Shown: positions 33,523 through 45,977 of the stretch, piece by piece
Numbering within the stretch: position 1 is the first letter of the stretch
Layout: every line of letters starts with the position of its first letter
From: Hydrolagus colliei
Lineage: Eukaryota
DNA length: 64,000 nucleotides
Direction: 5' to 3'
NCBI GenBank assembly: GCA_035084275.1
Contig: CM068745.1
Coordinates: forward strand, 82,522,001 to 82,586,000
Position numbers and translations under genes: made by a program
Notes under the pieces: model-generated
Told to the model about the DNA's origin: nothing
Database searches by the model: none
Seen by the model: only the letters and a program-made list of their open reading frames with translations

Positions 33523-34833
33523 ATATTATTTGTAGATCATTAGTTTTGGGGATTGAAAGTTTAAGGACATTTTAAGTTGTGTGAAATAGAACGGGTAGGG
33601 AATATATGGATCCTTCAAAAAGGGATAGAAACTAGGAATCCAGAAATCAACACTTGACAATGACAAGGAATGGAGTCTGCATTGGACGTGGCAGCAGCTA
33701 TTGGGCAAATCAGATGTGCCCACGACTGAAAATGAAATTCAGAACTTGAGCGCTTATCTCACAGCCGCCAAACCGTTCACGACAAGACTCTTGTCTACTT
33801 TAAAACAACTTTCCGCAAATGGGGAAAGATTGCCTATCAAGAAGTTTAGAACGATATAAAACCGGGCTCAGGGTCAATTCACTTCCAATGTCATGTCCCG
33901 ACAGCTATTGGAAGCTTAAGGGTGAAATGTCAATAAGTAGGAGAGAGGCTCACCTCGTTGAGAAATTAATCTGAAATACGCCCTAGAGGGGACAACACCT
34001 CGAAGTACCTAATCTTTAAAAGTCCAGCTGAATGATTGCCAAGGTTGTCGGGTATCAGTTAGCTATGAATACACTCGTAGATAAATCTTTACAGAGGCAG
34101 ATAAACGTAAGACGCATGGCCAAAAAAAGGGCCAAAAAAACGCAACTTTCTGTTGCTCTACATGCGGCCAAATCAACTTCTTTTGACTTTTTTCTTTGAC
34201 AGACAGAATATAAAAGCTCAACGGGAAATATCAACCCGCGACGCGGGTTAGAGAAGGGAAGGTAAAAGGATAGAAAAAAATACTCTGCAGATAAAACAAT
34301 CAATTCTCTTGTACACCTTTACAGGGGTGTGGGTGAGGGGGAGCGGAAGGAGAAAAAAAAAAGGCATTCACAAGAGAAAGTCATTTTCTTGTAGTAATGA
34401 GTAGATTCTGTGAGATTGAGTGACGTTATCAATACTTTGGCTAGGCAACCTTCTTTCTTGCTTTGCTCAGAGAATTTCTTTTGTTCATCTTTCTGGCAGG
34501 ATTTTTGGATGGTGCAGAGTTGGACGAATGCTGACAGCTGCGGAAATATGACAGCGTTCCTACTTGACAGCATTTGCAGCCAGTCGCGCTTCTCACCTTT
34601 AATTCAAAGGCACATCAACAGCTTTCTGACTTCAAATTGTTACCTTGAACTATATTTTAGGCTAGTGTCTGGGAAAGAGGTGTGAAATGCGCGTCCCAAT
34701 TGGCTCCATTAAAACCTTTCCCGATAATAACCTGATACCGTAATCATATTTCATCTTTCTTTATGTATAAACCCAAGCATAGAAAAGACTGTAGACATGT
34801 CTGGCAACTGATCTAGATCCGATTCACATCCAT

Positions 34834-35180
34834 GGAGCTCCTGTAGCTCAGTGGCTCCAGCACTCGCCTTATAAGCGTGAGACCTGTGTTCAAATCCAGG
34901 CAGGTCAGGGCCAAACCTTGGGCAAGTTTCCTTACTCCACACACACACACACACACACACGCCTAATAATAATCCCTCCAAAAAAAACACAATAATAAAA
35001 ATTGGTCATTTCAACCCATGACTGTATGTGGGGGACGCTGCTGTGCGCAATTGGCTGCCACGTTTCGACCGCAAATATATATACAGTCAATTCACTTTAC
35101 AGTATATTCTGTGAAGCGCTTTGAGACGTCAATAAGATGTGAAAAACGCTATATCAAATACAAGGATTATTATTATTATA
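34834..35180 (+). mobile_element. Full-length tRNA-SINE
   Basis: Head, (CA)n, core and tail. Confidence 0.85.
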
Positions 35181-36109
35181 TGTTACGTAAGTCTTTTTAA
35201 GCCTTCTAAGCACTCAGCCAAAATCCATTGTTAGTTAGACCATTGAATTTAAGATTGGAGTTTGTGGGAAGTTCATCAATTCAATTATAAATCTGGCTTT
35301 TCACAGCCGGCAAATGGAACCAGCGCTCGTTTGTCTAAATTAAAACCCGATTTAAGAAGTTTCCAATACACAATTCGACGTGATCTCAAATTATAAGACG
35401 AAACAGTCTTACGGTCTAAGAACAGGCAGCAATTTCCAGCCTCATGAAAACAGACTTCGGCTGAAAACTCTAACCTTGGGGGGAATTGTAGTACAGTATG
35501 TCTAGCCATAACCCCGGTTAAAGTGTATTAACCGAGTACAGGCTCGTGACTGAACCTGAAAGTGACTGAAGCGACCAGCTTCATGCCAGTCAACTAATTC
35601 GGAAGATACCAGAGATGTAACACATTGCAAAACCGCTGACCAAAATGGCAAGATGATTTAGAGAAGTCATTTCCGACATTAAAATAAAATAAAAAAATGA
35701 CAAAATGAAAATAGCCTATTTCTTTTTGGTGATTTTAATGACGCAAGTGATTTTTGCATAAACCGTTCATGCCATCGAGACTTTTTTTAATTAAAAAAAA
35801 CACTTTCGCAATTACAGTAGAGTTTCCAATTATCCGATTATCAGTGTCCGTTTATCGTCTGCGGATTAAATACGCATTTCCTCATTTTTTTTGCATTCCT
35901 CATTTTTCTTGCACTTCTCGGCTATTGATATTGCTGAGAAGTGATGTGCAGACAGTACTGCTTTTTGGAGAGCAAAACTTGAGCGTTCTCATTTCCTGAT
36001 GACATTCACAAGTTTATCTCTGAGCCATCTGTTGTGGCTTTGTAACATACAAGTCTGTCAGTCTGGGTGATATTTCACTTGTGGTTTGGCTGAGCAACTT
36101 GAAAGTACA

Positions 36110-37105
36110 ACTCACGACTGCACTTCACAGTAAGATTTTCCGAAGCACTTTCCAGCACCCCCCACCCCCCCACCCAGCTTTGTCACCTGTGGCATCCCCC
36201 AGGGCTCTGTCCATGGCCCCTACTTTTTATCATCTACACGCTCCCCCTTGGTGTCATTATCCGCAGACATGGGGTTAACTTCCACATGTATGTGGATGAC
36301 ACCCAACTCTATCTTTCTGCCTCTATCCTCGACTCCAGGATTACTATGGTCCTGTCAGATGGCCTGTCAGACATCAAGTCTGGACGAGAGTTAACCTTCT
36401 ACAATTGAATGCTAACAAGACAGAGGCCCTTCTGATTGGTTCGCACTAGCACCTTCACGCACCAGGCACTGGCAGCATCAACCTCCATGGTTGCACACTC
36501 GACCTCACCAAGCCAGTCAGGTACCTAGGTGTCTTGTTCGATCCTAAACTGTCTTTCTTCCCCCACATCCAAGCAATGACTCGCTCTGCCTTCCCTCACC
36601 TCCGCAATATTGCCCAACTATGCCATTACTTTACCCCCAAGGCCGCTGAAACCTTCATTCATGCCTTCATCACATCCCGGCTTGACTGTGCAAATGCCCT
36701 ATTGTCGGCTTTCCCAATTCCTCCCTGTAAAAGATTGCAGATAATCCAGAACTCTGCGGCCCATGTCCTCTATCACTCCAAGTTTTGTGACCGCCATCTC
36801 CCTCATCCAACTCCATTGACTCCCCATCATGCAGAGGATCCAATTCAAGATCCTGGTCCTCGCATTCAAAGCCCTCAACAGCCTCTGGAACTCCATCCCA
36901 CAGTCCCTCCACCTCACTTCCTCCCTGGCCTCCTTCAAGTCTCGCCTCAAGACCCTCCTCTTCGACGGTCCCATCAGTCACCCCAAATCCACCCCCTTCC
37001 CTCTACCCTCCCCAGCTCGGGTCTGAAACAATGACTGTCCAGCGCCTTGGGACGTCCTCCTGACGTGAAATGCACTATACAAGTATCATTTTGTTGTTGT
37101 TGTTA
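36110..37105 (+). pseudogene. Degenerate L2 RT fragment (frameshifted)
   Basis: Recognisable GIPQGS / [10 protein letters not shown] / RLDCANALL segments with frameshifts and the L2 tail. Confidence 0.85.
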
Positions 37106-37364
37106 GCTGATTTTCCTCTCTCCATAGATGCTGCCTGAACTGTTTCATCTTCCCGTCAACTTGTGTTACTATTTCAGATTTCCAGCATCTGCAGGACAGT
37201 GTTTGGGAATGTTTGGAATTTTCTGCAGCAAAGTGAGACCATATTGAACCATATTGAGTTGTCTTTGTTTCCTCATACTGAGTTTAAATGTAACAATAGG
37301 ATGCTGTCCTCACATTGGCCTATTTTTTTGAATCGGTCTCTCGAACCACTCAGTAATAAAAACG

Positions 37365-37693
37365 ATAATAATAATAATAATAAACCTTGCATTTGCTATA
37401 GCGCTTTTCACATCTTATCGACGTCTCGAAGCTCTTCACAGCAATTGACGGTATATTTGTGGGCGAACTGCGGCAGCCAATTGTGCACAGCAGCGTCCCC
37501 CACAAACAGTCGTGGATTGAAATGACCAATTTTTATTATTGTTTTTTTTTTGGAGGGATTATTATTAGGCGTGTGTGTGTGTGTGTGTGGAGTAAGGAAA
37601 CTTGCCCAAGGTTTCGTCCTGACCTGCCTGGATTTGAACATAGGTCTCATGCTTGTAAGGCAAGTGCTCTAACCACTGAGCTACAGGAGCTCC
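37365..37693 (-). mobile_element. Full-length tRNA-SINE
   Basis: Head, (GT)n, core and tail. Confidence 0.85.
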
Positions 37694-38391
37694 ACATAGT
37701 ATTGTCAGTTCCATCTGATAACTATCTGATCAGAGGGCTGGTGACTGCTGTGTGCTGCTTATTTTTCTTAGAATTGTTATAGCCACAAATATCATACAAT
37801 GAGGCATTTCCTGTCACCAAGTCATCTGGTAATCAGAATGTTCAACAAAATAAACTAGTTCAACCACAGTGGACAACCACACTCACCTAGCTTTTTAATT
37901 TAAAATCATTCAGTATATTATATAAGCTTGTCGGATGCCGAAATGATCAACTAATGACTATCCTCCTTGGAAGCCTCTCCTTGGATCTCAACTTGCCCCA
38001 AGTTGACAAGTTTGGCAAAAGAATGGTGGAAGCCAGCAGGCCCTCTGTGGCAGTCTCGGTAATAATAATAATAACAATAATCCTTGCATTTGATATAATG
38101 CCTTATCATGTCTTCGAGGCATCTCAAAGCACTTCATAGAATATACAGGACTGTACTGTGAAGTGAATTGACTGTATATTGTGGGCGAACCGAGACAAAT
38201 AATTGCACACAGAAGTGGCCCCCACAAACAGTTGGGGTTTGAACGACCAAATTCCAGTACTTTTATTTATTTTGAAGGAACTATTACTCTGGAAAACACC
38301 GCAGAGTATTTCAGAAGCCTGCTGATGACAGTATAGGCTCATCATCCTGGCTCATCACCAGGATCTGGAGGTGGGCAGAAGTCTTACCGAC

Positions 38392-38419
38392 CTCCCGGAA
38401 TACTTAATACTTCCCGGAA
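38392..38419. promoter_or_regulatory. Tandem STAT/GAS site (ctcccggaa, 10-nt spacer, ttcccggaa)
   Basis: Perfect TTCCCGGAA at 38411-38419 and a one-mismatch copy at 38392-38400, in non-repeat DNA. Confidence 0.45.
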
Positions 38420-38566
38420 TTAGGTAAACGGGACCCGTTTCTCCTGGCAGAGAGTGTGCACTCAATCCCAACAGTCTGCCCTTGGAATTTCCATGTGTGG
38501 GTAGGATATATGGAGTACTCCGTTTAGCTTGGATACTCTTAAGCTTATTTAATGGTTTTTCTGCAG

Positions 38567-38596
38567 GTGTCAGACATTCAGCTGACCCCCAAAAAG
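38567..38596 (+). other. Candidate orphan 30-nt exon
   Basis: Acceptor ggtttttctgcag|G and donor AAG|gtgagt, both near consensus. Open in phase 0 (VSDIQLTPKK) and phase 1 (GVRHSADPQK). Confidence 0.4.
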
Positions 38597-40235
38597 GTGA
38601 GTTTAAGGTTGTAAAATTAACTTATAAACTTTTATATGAGTGATTATGAACTCTCCTCCTTCTCTTGGCGATTGCCTCAAGCCATTTGGACCCTGAAATT
38701 GCACAGCCTGAAAAAATAACACCGTCTTAAAATGTCTAAGATTATGCCTAATTTGGGAAAAATTGTTAATTTTGAAGCTGTTTTTACCACAACTCTTACA
38801 TCTGAAGGTGTAAGATGTAAGTTTCACCCACATATATTCAGTCAATTCACTTTACGGTGTTTTCTATGAAGCGCTTTGAAACATCTAGTAGATGTGAAAA
38901 GTGCTACATCAAATGCAAGGATTATTATTATCTGATCAATCTGTAGTTAGCAATGACTGCACACAGTGTAGATTAGCATACATCAATCATATATAAATAC
39001 ATGTTAAACATGAATAATAATAATAATCCTTGCATTTGATAGGTAAGTCCCTCAATCCTCTCCCCTCCTCCCCCACATCTGGTCCCTGACCTGGACCACC
39101 TTCCTCCACCTCCACCTCCACCTCCATCACCCTCCCTTGCTCCTGACTCCCAAATGCAACTGAAACCCTCGCGGATGCATTTGATTACAGTACTCCAACA
39201 TACTTCTCACAGGTCTCCCCAGCTCCACCATCTAAAAGATCCAGTACAATTCAGAACTCTCCTGCCCGCTTACTACCCCTGAACCAAAACGATGTACCCC
39301 CCCCACGCACCCCACCCCACCCAACATCTCACCAATTTCTGGCCAGGCTCCACTGGCTCCCCATCACTGAACGGATCGACTTCAAAATCTTCACACTCAA
39401 ATCCCATCACTCCCTGGCACCTGTACCTACTTCCCCAACCTCCTCACTCCCCAATCCGCAAACCCCCTGCCTCCGATCCTGCCCGCCCCTCGCACTCTCC
39501 GCCCCTCGGTCGGAATTCGCGCTTTCAGCCCCCAAACTCTGGGACACTCTCCCTCAATTCCTCCGCCTTGCCCCCCTTCTTCAGTCAGGCTCTGCCACTA
39601 TTAAGCGTTCTGAGAAAATATATCTGAGAAAATATATCTCAAAGCACTTTAGAGGAATTACTGTGAAGTGTAGCGGCTGGTTTCTGGATTGTGAAGTGAG
39701 TTCTAATAGCCGTGGACGTAGTAATTTCTCCAAACTGGTCGGTTATAAACGTTCCTGAAATTGCCAGGACTGACATTGGAAATGCTTTATGACTTGTTTT
39801 GATGTGATAAGTTTACCAGAAGTTCCCCGTCCCCCATTGGCAATGTTGACAATCCATTGCGCCGTTTTGTCAAGGCCTCGCTGAAGATCAGCATTCCACT
39901 GCCTCGACGAGAAGCATAAATCCCGAAGCGCCAAGAAAGAAATGTTTTATACCCCGTGGCTGAAATCTCTGTTAAACAACCCGTATTAAACTTGCATGAA
40001 GTCATAATTGATGTTCTCTCAAAGGCAATTTTCCATAGTCAGGATGCGCTGGGCAAGGATTGCAAATAGGACATGCTGCAGCGTCTTGCGGGTTACTTAC
40101 TGTTAATGTAGCCATACACCAAGCAGCAAAACAAAATACTTTGTTTTGTGTTTTGTTTTGTGTTTTAGAACAAAACACAAAATACTGTACTGAGAGACGC
40201 TGGAAACGCTGAAACAAAACCAGAAGTTGCCGGGA

Positions 40236-40565
40236 ATAATAATAATAATCCTTGCATTTGATGTGGCGCTTTTCACATCTTATCGACGTCCCAAAGCGCT
40301 TCACAGAATATACTGTAAAGTGAGTTGACTGTATATATTTTGGGGCGAATCTCGGCAGCCAATTGCGCACAGCAGCGTCCCCCACAAACAGTTCTGAATT
40401 GAAATGACCAATTTTATTATTGTGGTTTTTTTGGGAGGGATTATTATTAGGCGTGTGTGTGTGTGTGTGTGTGTGGAGTAAGGAAACTTGCCCAAGGTTT
40501 CACCCTGACCTGCCTGGATTCGAACACAGGTCTCCCCAGCTTGCAAGACAAGCGCTCTAACCACC
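40236..40565 (-). mobile_element. Full-length tRNA-SINE (single 14-mer variant)
   Basis: Head, (GT)n, core and tail. Confidence 0.85.
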
Positions 40566-41199
40566 AATACCTCAGCAGGTCAGAAAGGAAAGTGAGTCAA
40601 TGTTTCGAGTTCCACGACCCTTCGGTCAGAACTGTTCTGACCCGAACTGTGGAACCCGAAACGTTGACTTACTTTTCCTTTCTCCATGGTTCTCCCTGAC
40701 CTGCTGAGTTTTCCCATCGACTTCTGTTTTTTGCACCAAGGAGCATTAGAACTCTTCACGAATGATCCTGTGTGTCCCATTATCTCCCCACCCCACCCAC
40801 CCACCACAAACCTGCTTTCTCTATTTTAGGCAGAAAAAGCAGCCGTGGGCCCCTTAAGTACAGGAACATGACCCTTTGATGATTCTTGATGCCGTGATGA
40901 TTGTTTGTTAATAAAAACTTTGCATTTGATGTAGCGCCTTAGTGCATCTTTGAGGCGTCTCAAAATACATACGTCACCAAATATACTGTAATGTGAATTG
41001 ATTGTATATTTTGTGGGCGAAACGTGGCAGCCGATTGCTTATATAGCAGCATCCCCCACAAACAGTTGCTGGATGAGTGACCAATTTTTTTTTAATATAC
41101 GAAGGAATTACTACCCACCGGAAAAGCAATCGACTAATAGCTGGGTTCCTTCCTTTCACTAGGTGAACAGAGGTGTGCGCAGTAAGGAAAGTTGCTCAA

Positions 41200-41408
41200 A
41201 GGGAGCGTGTAAATGGTGAAAAGGAGGGGGCCAAGGACAGAGCCCTGGGGGACGCCATGAGAAACTGTACGGGGGTTTGAGGAAACACTATCGGAGGATA
41301 CGAAATGTAGGCGGTGGGTCAGGTAGGAGTGGAACCATTCAAAGACTGTGCCTTGAAGGTTGAGGTGGGAAGAAAGGCGTTGGAGGAGGATAGTGTGATC
41401 GACTGTGA
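41200..41408 (-). mobile_element. Internal L2 RT fragment between two SINEs
   Basis: The reverse strand encodes [19 protein letters not shown]...[19 protein letters not shown], nearly identical to the two long copies. Confidence 0.85.
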
Positions 41409-42159
41409 CAAAGACCTGTGTTCCAATCCAGGCAGGTCAGGGCCAAACCTTGGGCAAGTTTCCTTACTCCACACACACGCCTAATAATAATCCCTTCAAA
41501 AAAACCATAATAATAAAATTGGTAATTTCAACCCAGGACTGTTTGTGGGGGACGCTGCTGTGTGCAATTGGCTGCCGCGATTCGCCCACAAATATACAGT
41601 CAATTCATTTTACAGTATATTCTGTGAAGCGCTTTGGGACGTTGATAAGATGTGGAAAGCGCTATATCAAATGCAAGGATTATTATTATTATTTACTGAC
41701 CCCCCCCCCCCCCCCCGAGGACACCACCCCCCACCCCACCCCCATCCGAGGATGCACTTCCCTTACCTAAGCTCGGGGAGCCTTAAACCTTATGTTCGCT
41801 GAGGTTTTGAGTTTCAACCAGATGAAAACCTTCCATAAAAGCACCAACACTTCAAAACCACGTGGTGTAGTAATAAATCTTATTTCCTGTTCCAGTTTGA
41901 AAAACGAATTGGTCAACAGGGACGTTCCTAAAGGGAAAACAAGCTCGAATTTGGCTGAATCTTTTTAACCGAATGTTACAATAATCCCCTTTACGGAGGA
42001 ATTTGAGCCATGGCTTCATATAAACTAATACAGTAATGTGAGGCCACGATTTCTGCCAAATCTGAGATCCACTGCCAAATGCTACATCATCCGCTCTGTC
42101 CTTCCACTTGTGAGTTGAAAATCAGTCCCATTCTCTAGAGTCTAGACAATGATTGATCA

Positions 42160-42425
42160 ATCAAAACTTACATTTATTTAGCGCCTTTCACGTCGAGAGG
42201 ACGTCCCAAGAGCAGGGAGGGGGGGAGGGGTCGGAGCAGGATGAAGGAGAGTAGGAGAATTGACTGTATATTTTTGGGTGAAACGCGGCAGCGAAATTGC
42301 GCACAGCAGCGTCCCACAAACAGCCGTGGAAGTGGGATTAGGGGAGAAAGGGGGGAAAGATGGCAAGGGGAGGGAGTCAGGGTAGGGGGAAGGAGAGCAG
42401 CAAAGCCAACTGTATATTTGATGTT
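42160..42425 (-). mobile_element. Second copy of the dimeric SINE-core/L2-tail chimera
   Basis: Aligns by eye along its whole length to 17270-17550. Confidence 0.7.
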
Positions 42426-43479
42426 CCATTTCCAATTGCTCATTGCGTGGAGAGCAGCAGAAGTTTTACTGCTTCCTTATGCCATCAAGGCCTGACTCCC
42501 TCCCACCCCAGTCCCCCACCTTCCCACCCCTCCCCACCCCACATCAGGAAAGGCCTCACGTTTACAGATAGTGAGAATCTCTTGGTTGGAGGCGAGACTA
42601 ATGCACACTTTTTGGTAGCCCTCTGACAAGGCAGAGAGGTTTTATAACCTGCAGACAAAGGCAGGTTATAATTGCGACGATACTGTTATGAGTTGTTTTT
42701 GCTTTTTAATAGGAATCTATTCTACCTATTCACAGTACTTTCCTGTGGGATAAAAAATATATATTTAATCTGGTTAATTTTATATCACTGGTCTTTGGCT
42801 GGCCTTCAGCAATTAATAGTTTTTTTTAAAAAACATTATATAAATTTGATTTACATCCACATTGTAAATGTGTCTGGAGCCTGAGGTGGTTTATTCCTTC
42901 ACTAATTATTTCCCAATGAAACCAAACTGTTTAATATAGTTTCTCGAACCTTCCTTGTGCCATTGCTTGGTGACAGACTACAGTGAATATTTCAAAGTCA
43001 AGAGACCCCCAAGTGTGTGAGGATTGAAAAGCACTGGCGAGTGTGAGGCACCATTCTTGAGATCAATCTTTGAGCAAGATATAGGGCAATGGCTTTTTGA
43101 GAACATTTCAGTGAGTAATCCAGTTCGTGATTCACTGGTTAAGAATGACCACTAGTGTGAGGTCTTAAGGAGGAGGGAAGGCGTTAAACATTGAATGCAC
43201 CTGCTGTATGACATTTTACAAGAGGTGGGAAATCTGATAATGTGTTGTTATGCTGTACTTGATTTTTACTGTGAGAGATATTCACATTTGTTTGGGCAGA
43301 AACGGATGAACTGTTCTCTTCACTAATGCAGAACTCTAGATAATTGTCAGTACAGTAACTGTATAAGGAAATATTGAGTGGACTTTTTTCATTTAAATAA
43401 TCACGGTTTGTCCCTGTGCCCGAATAAGGAAAATTACAAGCCTTGACTATATCAAACGTAATGAAAGAAACGTAGACTA

Positions 43480-43838
43480 ATAATCCTTGCATTTGATATC
43501 GCGGCTTTTCACAACTTATCGACATCCCAAAGCGCTTCACAGAATATACTGTCAAGTGAATTGACTGTATATATATTTGTGGGCGAAACGCAGCAGCAAA
43601 TTGCACACAGCAGCTTCCCCCACAAACAATCGTGGATTGAAATTACAAATTTTATTTTGCAAGATGTCTCCCAACAGAGAAATCCCAAATTTCTGGAGGG
43701 ATTATTATTAGGCATGTGTGTGTATGTGTGTGTGTGTGGAGTAAGGAAACTTGACCAAGTTTTCGCCCTGACCTGCCTGGATTCGAACACGGGTCTCACG
43801 CTTTGTAAGGCGAGTGCTCTGACCACTGAACTACAGGA
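43480..43838 (-). mobile_element. Full-length tRNA-SINE
   Basis: Head, (GT)n, core and tail. Confidence 0.8.
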
Positions 43839-44850
43839 CGTAAAAATAAATATCTACCCATTTCCCTGGGGCCTTTCACTCACAGAGTAAAAGGGAAGGT
43901 TGCTTGAAGTTACTCGAATAAGCAACCTGTAACATTTGTAATGCCTGTAATTCTGTACAATGCTGAATCGCACTGCAGTATAATATTAGTGTAGACGTTA
44001 CATTTTAGATTTTTCCCTGACAGACCGCTTGCATTGAATCTTGAACCCTACATTCGAATAGATAGCAGAATTCAACTGTCCTAAAATCTAGCAGGTTGCG
44101 GAAGACACAGATGTGGATGGGGTGGTAATAGTTACAGCTTTATATATATCATATATTTTATTTATATCATGGTGGTTTCCAAAATGACATACTGAGTGTA
44201 CTGCAAATGAATGGTGTCTGCAAGCTGCTGTTTAGTATTTGCGATAAGGCATGTTTTAACTGTACTGCGAAGAGATTTATCATTCAGGGAAAAGAGCATT
44301 CTTGCGGAAAAGGATAAAATCTGCTTTTACCCGGATATAAACCACTGTCTCTGTTATTACTGTGGGAGCTTATTGAAGCCAGACATACAAACAATCACAC
44401 GCGTACAGTATAATAACAAGAAGAAGAAGAAGAATCCTTGCATTTGATATAGCGTTTTTTTATCGACATCTTATCTTATCTTATCGATGTCGTTAAAAAA
44501 TATATCAAAGCGCTTCACAGAATATACTGTAAAGTGAATTGACTGTTTTTATTTATGGGCAAATGGCGGTGGCTAGCAGCGTCTCCCCCACAAACAGTCG
44601 TGGATTCAAATGACCAATTTTATTATTGTGGTTGTTTTGGGGACGGATTATTATTAGGCATATGTGTGTGTGTGTGTGTGTGTATAGTTTATATAGTTAG
44701 CCCTGATATGAAAGAATCTATTCCGAGAAATATCTGCAAATGACGCAGAATCACAATTTGTCTCTGACCGCTCTGATGTAAAAGGACTAGACAAGCAACA
44801 TGATTTACATGAGAAATTCTGAATTATTGATGAAGTGGCTTTCCTTTTAG

Positions 44851-45015
44851 ACACTTTGGTTTGCCAACAAACATGCAGCAACTTTTACATGGGCAGTGTA
44901 CACCTTTATAGCAAATCCAAAGCAATACTTTCACGGTGTGGGTGACGATGTGATCAGCTATCAAACATCGAACGAAATGGAGGAGAAGCCATTGGTGACG
45001 ACAAAGTGGGAGACG
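44851..45015 (+). other. Candidate orphan 165-nt exon (TLWFANKHAATFTWAVYTFIANPKQYFHGVGDDVISYQTSNEMEEKPLVTTKWET)
   Basis: Acceptor ctttccttttag|, donor ACG|gtaaga, 55 open codons in phase 0/0. No protein family recognised. Confidence 0.3.
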
Positions 45016-45184
45016 GTAAGAGTCGAAACCAGGCAAGGGGCAAGACCTGGGAAAAAAGGGGAGAATGGGGGAAGGCGGAGGGAATTTGGGGGAGTGTTCC
45101 GGAGTTTCGGGGCATAGTGGCTGAGTGTCCAAAGGTAAAGTGGAGGGGGTGAGCGGCAAACAGGAGGCTAGGTGCCAGTTGAGC

Positions 45185-45400
45185 AGAGGTGTTGGGTGGT
45201 GGATTGGAGGGAGTGAGGAGGGTGAGGAGGGTGGAGAGGTGTTGGGTGGTAGATTGGAGGGAGTGAGGAGGGTGAGGAGGGTGGAGAGGTGTTGGGTGGT
45301 AGATTGGAGGGAGTGAGGAGGGTGAGGAGGGTGGAGAGGTGTTGGGTGGTAGATTGGTGGGAGTGAGGAGGGTGGAGAAGTGTTGGGTGGTGGATTGGTT
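45185..45400. repeat. 50-bp G-rich minisatellite (3 full units, 1 shortened, 1 partial)
   Basis: Unit agaggtgttgggtggt(a/g)gattggagggagtgaggagggtgaggagggtgg starts at 45185, 45235, 45285 and 45335. Confidence 0.9.
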
Positions 45401-45489
45401 GGGTGGGGGGGATGAAGAGGTTGGAGAGATAGGGGGGTGTCAGAGAGTTGAAAATCTAAATATGTGTTCCATCACTCTCTCTATTTAGT

Positions 45490-45977
45490 GCGCATCAGTA
45501 CACAACTGAACTGAACCCGCACTAAACTTTGCTCCCCCATCACCCCAGTCCTTGCCAGACTTCACTGGCTCCCTATCCCAGAGAGGATCGACTTCAAGAT
45601 CCTCACCCTTGTCTTCAAATCCCTCCACTCCTCTGCATCCCCCTATCTCTCTGACCTCCTCTTTCCCCAACCCAGCACCTGCTTCCTTTGCTCCTCTGGG
45701 TCTGGCCTCCTCCATGTCCTCCGAGTCCTCCGCTCCACCCTCGGTGGCCGTGCCTTCAGCCACTAGGCCTCGAGGCTCTGGAACTCCCTTCCTCACTCCT
45801 TTCCCCTCACCCCCTCCTTCTCGTCCCAGTTTCAGGTCACAGCTGAAGACCTTTCTCTTCGATCGCGCCTTTGGTCACCTTTCTTCCCCTGTCCCTGGCT
45901 CGGGCCCGGGATCCGTTATTGAGACGCCGTCTAGTGTGGAGGACGCTATATAAATCAAAGTTGTTGTTGTTGTTGTT
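45490..45977 (+). mobile_element. Old L2 3' fragment
   Basis: Degenerate LHWLP..RIDFKIL region and (TTG)n tail. Confidence 0.75.

Noticed and set aside
33630-33860. About 76-codon stop-free frame (KLGIQKSTLDNDKEWSLHW...)
   Set aside because: No start codon, no convincing splice sites and no homology recognised.
35812-35860. Tigger/Tc1-like terminal repeat TACAGTAGAGTTTCCAATTATCCG
   Set aside because: I could not find the matching right TIR or a TA TSD, so it is too weak to call.
40002-40385. Recurrent ORFs such as [13 protein letters not shown].../[18 protein letters not shown]...
   Set aside because: These are translations of SINE sequence in various frames, with inconsistent starts and stops between copies.
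45185-45400. CRISPR-like array
   Set aside because: The units are contiguous with no unique spacers, there are no cas genes, and the context is eukaryotic.
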